Shown here in pieces: positions 44,101-54,300 of a stretch of DNA of 64,000 nucleotides. How positions within the stretch are numbered: position 1 is the stretch's first letter; each line of letters begins with the position of its first letter. The stretch lies in assembly GCF_964204645.1 (NCBI RefSeq), contig NC_134025.1:27570299-27634298 (forward strand), written 5' to 3'. The notes beneath the pieces were generated by a model that did not search any database, was not told the origin of the DNA, and worked only from the letters and a program-made list of their open reading frames with translations. The stretch is from Tubulanus polymorphus. Taxonomy: Eukaryota > Animalia > Nemertea. A program made the position numbers and the translations under genes.

Positions 44101-46811
44101 ATTTTTTCGTCTCTTCTATAGACTGGCCCTTTCATTCTTAAATCAACCCCTTTGAGTACTTTTAACCAACAGCTATGGATTACTTCTGTTGTTGTTACTG
44201 ATAATAATGGAGGTGGGTAAAGAAGGAATATTCCTTGAAAACCATCCTTTCGATAATAGACTGTATGAATTAACTGATCTATGCGATTGTTATTAGGAGG
44301 AGCATTTAGTCAACCTTTTGAAGTAGGAATACGAATACGTGGTATGTTGGAAGAGAATAAGAGTCAGTTAGTTTATACGCATGAGGTTCATAATCGAACT
44401 CGAACGTTACATTGTGTAAAGGTTTGTAACTTCTTCTATTCATCTACCATGGTACATAGCGAGTCTCCGAAGCGCTTACTATTCGCACAAATCTTAGAAA
44501 CGCTTACTAAGTGCTCACTTTTTGATTTTTGGTATCCTAAATTTCCATGTACATATAGACTAATAATCATATATCAACAATTTATGTTTATGGCCGTGGT
44601 CTTGAATGATAAGTGTCATTATGCCTCATAAAGGTGCTTTAGAATGCATATTTCGACTCAGCCTTTCTACTATGAACCTTGTCCACAGTTTCATACGCAA
44701 CTATCTTATACAATATGCCGCGTATGCCTACAACAACATATGTTCTTTTATAGAAGATATTTGCTAGTGTAGTTCTTGCTAATAATGTCTGTCTGTATAT
44801 TTCATTTAGGGGTATGACACAAATGCTAATATTACATACATGATACCTATTCAAATTTAGGAATGTAAAGAGCAGATATTCCTGCATCTGGGTTACTTGG
44901 ATTTCTCGTCCTATATCGTCACCATACAGTTTTATGGTCTTGAAAACATGAAAATCAACATCAAAGATATTAAATTCTATGTGAGTATGGAAATATTTCA
45001 TCCTCGAGTTTTCAGTTGATTGAGGTGTTGAAATAAATAATCCCATTCATATATGATGCATATAATTACACACACACCTGGCTTGTGTGAGGTATTATGT
45101 TATTATTTCCATGTGTGCTAAAATTATTTTTATGTGACACCTGTTGGATCGATTACTGCATCACTTTCTAGTACTGTGCATGTATAATGCATCTATTATA
45201 ACATCTTTATTCAACTGTGTCCTTAAATCATTTCTTAAAACAGTTCAAAAGTTTCAACCCGACGTTCACGCAATTAGAAATCTGGTTTCGTTTTGTATTT
45301 TTGGTACTCACATTCCTAGCGACAGTAAGTTCTACAAAAAATTGGTGTGAAATAAATTATGATTCTATCTTTCGTTCAAGTGTTCCGATAGTAATTTGAC
45401 TGTTTGTTTTCTGCATAGTGCCTTTTTGCTCATTCATTGAGGAAGTTCTCTATGAGAGATTGGTCAATAGAACAGAAATGGATGTCTGTGTTGCTGCCAC
45501 TGTTACTGCTTTATAATGGTAAATAAATGCGTTCTTTACGATAAATATGAATCTGTTAATCCTCAGATAACGTTTAGTAATTAGATGTAATGCACAATGT
45601 ATTTTAGATCCGATATTTCCAATGACATTCCTCGTGGATAGTTGGGTACCCGGCATGTTCGATGCATTATTTCAAGCATCATTCCTTTGTGCGTTACTGC
45701 TGTTCTGGTTGTGTATTTATCATGGTGTACGACAGGTAACATGTAGTTCATTTAGTTTTAGGTGTCAAGAAAATATTCCTCTTAACAAAACTTTTGAAAA
45801 TAAGAAAATCTGTAATCATGACAATCACGAGTTTTTCTTTTGTTGATTATTATTACAGAATGATCGTCATTTCACGTCATTCTATCTGCCGAAGTTGATC
45901 ATTGTCGGTATATTATGGATTACGTCGGTAACTCTTGCTTCCTGGGAGGAGTATAACGAGCTTCAAGATCCTACTTACAATTACAGACTCGATACGGGAA
46001 ACTTTATAGTATGTTTACTTCATGATGCAATCATTGAGAATTCTGGAAAATTGTACTTACATTATACCATGTTTTCAGGGTTTCAAGGTATTTTTCTTTG
46101 TCATTGGTGGTTTATATCTTCTGTATTTGATATACCTGTTAGTAAGGGCATATGCTGAGCTGAGGTCTATGCCATACTTCGGTAAGTGAGCGTTTCTGTT
46201 ACCTTATAATGTTGATTTTGTAGAACCATTATGTATTAGTCTATCTGTATATATTTTGATTACCAGATTTACGACTGAAGTTCACTACAGCGCTTATGGT
46301 GATTGTCCTAGCTATCAGTATTGCAATAATGGTTCTTCGTTTTGGTGAAGGCATGTTGGAGGATAATTTTGTTGCCGATCTCTCTACGAGATATGCCAAT
46401 TCTGCCGAGTTTTTATCATTCTACGGTTTGCTCAACTTCTATCTGTATACAATGGCATTTGTATACTCTCCTTCAAAGAATGCAGTCTATGGTGAGTGAA
46501 CATCATGCAATAATCGAAGAACATAGGTTTAACAATGTATTTAAATGCGTTATATTTGATGAATGGATTTTTCAGAATCTCATTTCAAAGATAATCCAGC
46601 TTTGTCCATGTTAAATGACTCGGATGATGACATTGTGTATGGGTAAGTTTTCTTTTTGTTGTTTTGAGGTGTCGGCCATGCAACTGCTGCCAAGTGTTGT
46701 GAAATTGATTTTGAGAATTGGATGATTGCTTATTTTAGGTCTGATCATGAAGAAACATCAGCTCTTACAAGGATTACATCAAAATATGATAGCGATGAAG
46801 AACTAAGATAG
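41132..46811 (+). CDS. TMEM181: Transmembrane protein 181 (GPR178, Wntless-related); multi-exon with alternative first exons
   Basis: Exon 1a MDNWSQSF...FSDLFSEFGRYVTPSYQHDRCER splices to SVQMRLYAMSKRQFVLVF (exon starting 43793). Further matches: NRTRTLHC, HLGYLD, FNPTFTQLEIWFRFVF, DWSIEQKW, FLCALLLFWLCIYHG, NFYLYTMAFVYSPS, HFKDNPALSMLNDSDDD; TAG at 46809-46811. Confidence 0.93.
41640..41842 (+). promoter_or_regulatory. Housekeeping-type promoter and alternative first exon 1b of TMEM181
   Basis: GC boxes (cgcccgcc ~41645), TAGATGGCGC (~41714) and ETS ACTTCCG (~41741), then aaaATG GTT ATA CAT GAA ATT GAA GC|gtaagt at 41820-41842. Confidence 0.6.
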
Positions 46812-48216
46812 ACTATAAGTGAATCACATGCTGTCTAATTGCATTTCATCATTGTATATATCTGGGTTTCAATTTTCACAGTTGGGGCTTCTTCAGTAAG
46901 CGCTCAACTCAAAAATATTTTGCATCATGGCAAAATGTAAAGATTTTTAAATTAAGATCTGTTTGAATATGTAACGTTCTCTTAGGATGCATGGTATGTA
47001 TGCGTATGCATGTATGTTTTAGAGGCAACAACGAATAAGTCAATGAACAAAAATGTTTAAGAAATGTTGCTGTACATATACATGAAAAATGAATATTGAA
47101 CATAGTTTTATCTAATGTTAACATGACAATTAATTGCGTAGTGTACTAATATTGTAAACATATTCTTTGCGATGGTTGATTTATTTATTTATTTGTACAG
47201 TGCTAGTCATTCTTCATCATTTGAAATGAATAATGGTTGATCTACTTTCAACCCTAACAGAGTCATCAAATATATTGGTAATTTATGTACATATTTCATT
47301 GTTAGACATCAAAGTTATTTTTAGTTCGTTGTAAAGTAGATATTTTTGACCAGTATGTCGTATTGTAATGGAAATCTACTTAGGACAGTAGTGATTGCCA
47401 GCGATAAATGATATCATCACACTGATGACTGTGTTATGTGCTTTTATCTTATGCTAACAGGAATACGTTTATTTGTGTGTATGGTTGCATGAGTAGTGGT
47501 TTGGGTGTTGGGCTTCTGATAATAAGATTTTACCTTGTTATTTCATATACAGATTTATAGCAAACTATATACTTCTAGAAATGGTATGGCTGGCCCCAGG
47601 TCAAACATTGCTCAGTTTTGGTTAAAGGTTAATGGCAGTACTAAATCTAGATATGTAAATTAGAATTGTATTCTGACTGGTTCTTGATATAGCGATCAGT
47701 TGTTTTATGCTTTCTGGGTCGTTCACTCCAGATCAGTGGTATATTACCATGTGAGGAATATAACAGATGTATTTTATGGAAGTCCAGATGTTGTACAACT
47801 GTTACTCCAATCTACATCGTTCTATTGTTAATAGCTCGTTACTGAGGAATTGTAAAACCTTGTAAGAATCTTTCTGATTTCAGTGCACCGATAAGTTCCA
47901 TTTCAAAGTGTCAATCGTTAAAATCCACTTGTTGAAAAAGATTGAATTTGTTACAAATATCTGAAAGCCAAAGTTTCACAAAGCAAAATGATGATTGTTG
48001 GCTACTTATGGCAACCTCATTCGTGATGACTTCAACGATATAATTTAGTTGTAATTAGTTTTGTGAAATGGCCCGCGTTATGAACAAATGTTGGAAAATA
48101 TTTGTTGAGTGAAGAAGGAATCGTTTAAGATAGATATTGTAAGTGAAAGTCTGTTTATTATTTAGATAATTATTACATATGTATAATAAACATCATTCCA
48201 GTCAAGTGACTCTATC

Positions 48217-49200
48217 TTAGTTGTAGTTGGATTGTTTTTCATTTTCGACTTTGTTATAAGGATTATATGGTGCAGTCAAAGTGACCGTTTTTGAAAGCGG
48301 TCCTTGGTGAGCAAACTCTTGGATCGCGTATGGTTTGTCGATGAATGGTCTATAACACGCTCTCATTTCGCTGACCATACCCGGTTTTTCGGGTTGTTTT
48401 TCCATCGGACCCTCGATCGGACTTCGGGGCACGAATCCGGCATATCTTGGCCTCTGGCGGACGTAATTATACTCTAACTGGTCCATGAGCACGAGACGCC
48501 GAATTTTTTCGTCACTTGTCGGAAGTTTTCGTCGGCGGAGATTTAGACGAGGAGTCTTAACTGCCGGGTTCATGTCTCGCACATGATCGACTGGCGGCCG
48601 ATTCTGTACCCTATCCCAAAACGAACCTAATCGTTGCCAATCGGCATTTTCGCGTTCATACCTTCTTGGTCTATATTTCACCGGATCAGCGTGTTGATCT
48701 ACTGTTGAGTCGGGTACTGGTTTGACCTGTAATGGCAGAGCACTATCATCTGTTGCCTTTTTCGTGCTGGTCATGTATCTAATTGCTATCTCTTTCTGTT
48801 TCTCTGGTGAAATGACCTTTTTCTTGCGTTGTATATACGGTAACATCGTACCGACCTTCTTATAGCAATCATTTTTCATACATTCCTCAGCAAGTTTTAA
48901 CAGTTCCGCTTTCATTTCTCTCGGTGGTTTGGTCCCGACGATCGGTTTTGGATCTAGGTATCTTTCTGAATCGATGTCGTTCGTCCCAAGCCCTAAACCT
49001 AACGGGCGGCTACGATACACGGTCGTTCGGTTAGGGCCGATTGGTTCAATCGGGAAGAATCTCGGTGGTCCCATCGGTTTTTGCTTCATGTTGTATTCGA
49101 TACTTGGGAGTTGACAGAATTTCTCAGTATTCGGGGAATACATCGATGCACCTTTATTAAAGGTTTCATCGTAGGTGCTGAGGTAATGGAAGCCCGTCAT
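48217..49200 (-). CDS. SPATA48/SPMIP7 (C7orf72)-like sperm/ciliary microtubule inner protein; single coding exon, 327 aa
   Basis: Uninterrupted 984-nt ORF with a downstream AATAAA (48159-48154). YMTSTKKA...STVDQHADPV...RY...WQRLGSFWDRVQNR, RYAGFVPR and the C-terminal GPLSKTVTLTAPYNPYNK resemble SPATA48 as I recall it. The ORF is secure; the family assignment is tentative. Confidence 0.6.
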   Translation of the reverse strand: MTGFHYLSTYDETFNKGASMYSPNTEKFCQLPSIEYNMKQKPMGPPRFFPIEPIGPNRTTVYRSRPLGLGLGTNDIDSERYLDPKPIVGTKPPREMKAELLKLAEECMKNDCYKKVGTMLPYIQRKKKVISPEKQKEIAIRYMTSTKKATDDSALPLQVKPVPDSTVDQHADPVKYRPRRYERENADWQRLGSFWDRVQNRPPVDHVRDMNPAVKTPRLNLRRRKLPTSDEKIRRLVLMDQLEYNYVRQRPRYAGFVPRSPIEGPMEKQPEKPGMVSEMRACYRPFIDKPYAIQEFAHQGPLSKTVTLTAPYNPYNKVENEKQSNYN

Positions 49201-50092
49201 TTCTCGTTTCCTACCTGTCCTTAACCAGCGTAGTGAAGTCCGAGTTGGATACCAGCCAGTCTCCGTTGTTACGTTTTGTTGTTTCCCAGTGATGCGCTAA
49301 GTAACCGTTGTATGGTAAATGCCTAGAGTAATTTGCTGTTTGCTTCGTTAATTTTTTGCCCCTGAAAAAAAGCGGCGATGAGAATTCTGTTCGATTGCAC
49401 TGGAGATGATAAGAGAGGAGACGAGGCGATTGAACGAACACATGCAGGTAAGAAAACTTTTACGTTTTCCACGAGGTAGGATCCACCGGGGTTGTTGACA
49501 ATTCTGTAATTAGACCCTAAGAGTTTTTATGGGGAATATCTGAAAAGGGCAATATCTGCAAAATATTAAAGGCATTAATTTGTCACAAAATCTGGAAATT
49601 GCATTTTCCAGTCAAAAAGCTCATCACTGCCAGCAGATACTTTTTCAAGTTACCTAAAACAAATTCAATAATGATAAAACCGTCAGATCTTGCCTTGGAT
49701 TATATTATACTCCAAGTAATATATATACTCTTCTATTCAAGTTTCTCGTTTTGGCTGAATTTATTGTGGGATTTCTCTCGTTATCATCATACACGGATAT
49801 TGTTTATCTTCTCGCCTCATAGTCGTGATGTGAGTTGAGTATGTAGATTCATACAAAGCACACGTCGTAATAGGCCTATATACGAAAATTATGAATTTAT
49901 AATTCACCATTTCCGTGTGATTTTCTGTGTCAATTGTCGATTGAATTTCGCGGGGTTGGGTAAAGTACAACTCTAACGGTAGAGTTTAGAACTACACAGT
50001 GCTAGCACGACCACACTCGCTTATTCGAGACTTTTGTAAAAAAATTTTCGTCATTGAACGGTAAAAATCATTGCATCATAACATTTTAATAT

Positions 50093-50233
50093 ATGCAAAT
50101 AATGTGGAAATAAGAAATTTAACATATTATATCATTATGAGTGATATAAATCGATATAGATGAAATCATGTCACACCGATCATAAATAGTTATAAAATTT
50201 GTATATAACAGGTTCTGCATCGTTATATAATTT
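50093..50233 (+). promoter_or_regulatory. snRNA-type promoter of U3: octamer plus PSE-like element
   Basis: ATGCAAAT octamer at 50093-50100; TCACACCGATCATAAAT at about -63 to -47, the usual PSE position. Confidence 0.55.
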
Positions 50234-50450
50234 AAGATCATACTTTTAGGGATCATTTCTATAGTATGTATCGCTAGGACGTCACGCAAATGTGATTCCG
50301 ACCTCAACACCACGGTGACGAGCTGTAGTCCCTGCTTCTGAGCGCGAAGCGGGTAGGAGCTGCTTCCCTCGGTAAGCTCGGCTCCTGCCATTGATGACCG
50401 TTCCTCTCCTCTTCGTAGGAGGTGGAGGAAGCAGGGGCATTCTGAGTGGC
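50234..50450 (+). ncRNA. U3: U3 small nucleolar RNA
   Basis: 5' AAGATCATACTTTTAGGGATCATTTCTATAG (boxes A'/A); CCAC stem then C'-like GGTGACGA; box B TGAGCGCGAAG; box C TTGATGA; box D CTGA followed by GTGG closing the terminal stem; ~217 nt; GTTT..AAA 3'-box-like sequence follows. Confidence 0.93.
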
Positions 50451-51119
50451 TGTTTCAATCAATTAAATAAAAGCGAACTTCACTTCCTATCACTAGTCCG
50501 AACAATAGTACGTAACCTGGACTAGATTATCCAAGCAATGCATATCATTTCTTTTCCAAACACAAAGCACCGCATTGACCCTCTTACCACTTATATCTGC
50601 TCTATTCGAATAACAGTTCACCAAACAGTGGTCAAATCCCCCAATTATTTCTCCTGTCTCTTCACCGCAGGAACTGGATCCAGATAATTATTCTTGAAAG
50701 TCATGACTGTGCTATGAGTATTTGTGTATTCTGTAGGCCTCGTGATTGAAGAATGATAGACGAATTTGTGAATGTCTAATAAGTAAATATGAGGATCTGG
50801 TACTGATAACTGTATATAATGTAATACTTCAGAATTTAGAAAACAACAAAAACATTCACAAAAACAAAAAAAATGACTTTTTTTCTTATATTTAATTTGT
50901 AATGAATTAATGCGTGCACGAATAAAATGAGAAACAGTGATTCGAAGGACATTAGACCTATAGAGAATATAAAAGATCTGGAAATGCCTCGTGCGTTAAT
51001 TAATACATCAACTAAGGGAAGGTGCGCTTAATAAGTTGCTGACCGGGGCGGTTGCAGGTTTGGACTGTATATTAAGGCCTCATCCTGCGTTTAGCGTTTT
51101 ACCTCAGTGCTGACACCTT

Positions 51120-51360
51120 TTGACAGTAGCTCTCACTTCCATATATCGGAATGTTGTCGTCACGTGATCGATGTTGTTGTGGAGCCGAGGGTCGCCATTT
51201 TCAGTGTCCTTGTCATCAGCGAGCAAGTGCAGGCAATTAAAATGGATATTTTAAGCAATTAAGAGTAACATCTTTCATCCGTTAGTATGGTAACAAAAAG
51301 CGGACACTGCATGGACTTTGGCCGGGTTAGAAACTGGCCAGATATAGGAGTATACTGTTA
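51120..51360 (+). promoter_or_regulatory. TOGARAM1 promoter with X-box-like site
   Basis: GTTAGTATGGTAAC (51281-51294, imperfect X-box), E-box TCACGTGA (51160-51167), YY1-like CGCCATTTT (51193-51201). Confidence 0.55.
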
Positions 51361-54300
51361 ATGGCGGGGACTCGAATGCAAGTGTGCCGACCACTGGCTC
51401 AACAACCAACCACCACGACGAGAAGATATCTACCTAGCGTTAAAGATGACGCTTTGCTCGTAAACTCCATTGTGAACGGTATTAATTACAGAGACATGGA
51501 AGAGAATATGTTGATCCACCAGTTATCCGACGTAAACTACAGTAACAAAGCCGAACTTCTCGACAATCTGAGAACGAGCGTCCGTCGAAATGGCGGACGT
51601 CTACCGATCTCCGATCAGATGTCCGCGTTTAAAGCGTTCTCGATGGCGCTCATGGACAGCGGTTGGGAAATTCGTCACAAGTGCGTACAACTGATTCACG
51701 AATTGATACCTCAGTTAGGCGAGGATTTAGATAACCTGATGGCCGTACTGCTGCCGAAACTCGTACCGAATCTCGGCGATAAAACGACGGCGGTTCGACG
51801 AGCCGTGATTCAAACGCTACACGTTTATATGAAACATACATACAGTATATACAGCGTGTTTCACGCGATCGTTCAACACGGACTGGAGAGCGACGTTACT
51901 CGTATTAAGAAACAATCGGTCGAAGCGCTTCCTATGTTGTTCACCCCTGAATTTTGCCACGAAGACTTTTTCGAAATTGCTCAGTCATTAACGCGACGTT
52001 TGGTCGACAATTCGACGGGCGATAACACGCTGCAGGACATCGCGTTGTTGTCGTTGGAGAAAATCCGCGAATTAGTCGGCAACGACGTGTTTAATTCGTA
52101 CATTAATAAACTTTCGCCGCCGTTAAAAAGTTATTACACGAAATTAACGAATCAGGAAAACGGAATCGGCAGCGATGAATCGCACCATCACGCGGTCGTG
52201 CCACCGCAGAAAGCGAACAGCACAAATTACTACGAAGATGATTTCTTCGATCAGCCGTCCTATAGAGATTATTATTCCGATAATCCCGATCATTCGCAGC
52301 ATAATCACGATCATATGTATTCGTCTATCGACGACCGAAGCAGCGGCGGCAACGCGGGAATCTATTATTCGTTACAGTCGTACGAATTCGGTATCGTGCC
52401 TAGTCACATCATGAATCAACTTGAGGACCAAGAGAACTTTCGTAAACGCGCTCAAGCGGTTGAAGAACTGCGCAACATCGTTCAAGACCTCCGAGGAACG
52501 AGCGCTCTTCAGCCGCATATTCTATCGTTCATTAGCTTTCTAAATAACTTATTGGATGATTCGAATTTCAAAATAACGACCGTTACGTTAGATATAATCG
52601 CGTTGCTCGTGAATAAGTTGAGTTTGGCCGTGAAGCCGCACTTGAAACACGTCGTAACCGTTTTAACGAAACGTATGGGTGATAATAAAATAGTAGTCAG
52701 ATCGGCGATTATGCGAGTTGTGATGCAACTCATGCATATTTTATCTCCGAAGCCAGTACTAACTGTGATATGTGAAAATTTGTTACATCGAAATTCTCGG
52801 GTGCGCCAGGAAACGTTGAATATCGTGATCTCGTCTTTGTTGACGTTTCCGAGCGTCGATTTCGATTTGCCGGCTCTTTGCGAGACGATCGCGCCGACTC
52901 TGGTCGACGCGAAACGTCAAGTTCGACAAGCCGCTTTAGAATCTTTTGCCGTTTTAGCTCAAGCGATGGGAGCCGGTAAACTGGGACCGTTGGTTCAAGC
53001 GGTGGATAACGTCGAGTTGGGATACGACGGAGAAGGCGTCATGGCCGCAGTTCAAGCTCGATTGGCGCGCAGACAACTACCGCGCCTGAATACGGACGGA
53101 CTGGTCGATTACGCGACTCCTGCTCCTACCTCGGCGACTACTCGTGGTGCTACCGTCGCTCCTCAAGGAGCCGATATTGATTGGATAATGGCCGCGTCGG
53201 GAGGTATGGGATCGGCCCGTTCGTCCGTACGGTCCAGTGAAAGTATCGAATTGGAATCTGTGTCAGGATCGGCGAGGTCGACCCCGGTGAACGTCGGCCC
53301 GACTCCTCGTCGGTTTTACAGCGCTGGTCGCGGTAAAACTAAGTTACCGTGGGAGGAAGAGGACGAACGCGTATCGACGTCGGTTGATCATCCAACCACT
53401 GCCCCGGCTCATCAGGTACAGGATCGTTTTACCGCTGTGTTGTGTTCTCCACATGCTGGGATTTTAGAGGGGCTGCGTTCATTCTACTGTGTAGGCTAGG
53501 CCTATAGCCTAACATTGTGGCTAGAGTAATTTAGCTTTCAGTTCCCCCTAAGAAATGTTAAAAGCGAGCTTAATTTTTTAGCAATATGCCCCTCTCAATC
53601 ACATAAACTCACTACTTTACAAAGCAATAATCATTGCACGCATTGAAAGAATTGATATCGACATGTGTAGAAAATTAGTTGAAATTGCAAAAGGGGTAGC
53701 TGATTTTCAGAGAGGTGGATGTGAAAGGGGTTGCCGCCCCTTTAAAACTGCAAGTGGAGAACACTGCCCTGCGAACATCCTCTTAAGTTATAACTAATAT
53801 TTTTGTTCTAAATAATGATTTAAAAATTTTGTTTCCTTGAATTAGTCTCGTGATGAACCTACTCAAGGCCCACCTCTGGTTCCGAAAAACACTTGGGGAA
53901 ACTCTGATAGTCCTAAGTCGACAAGACGTAGTTCTCGTAAACAGGAGAAAGTTGATTCCAGTATCGACCATCCAATACCGAATACATCGTCTGGAACACC
54001 TAGTGAGTCACTGTAATCTTGTATAAGTCTGTAAAAAATTTTGCGTGCTGTGAAAATCTGTCTGAAAAAATTACGTTGTCTTTTCAATGGACGTGTTTAT
54101 TACGTGACAATCATGAAATTCTATTTCGATTAAAACGTTGAAGTACACGGCAAATTTGTCTAGCTATAGTTTCTAATTCAAACAATGAGCCAAGCAATTG
54201 GAGGACAATTGAAAAATTGAAGTTCTGTTGACACGCGACAGAAAAACCTGTCCTGAATAGAGAGAGAACTCAATCAGACTGGATTCACAATAATAGTTTG

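Noticed and set aside
44639-45046. 135-aa - strand ORF in TMEM181
   Set aside because: It is partly the shadow of a real + strand exon, is AT-rich and has no recognisable motif.
50119-50391. 90-aa - strand ORF
   Set aside because: It is the antisense of the U3 snoRNA and its promoter.
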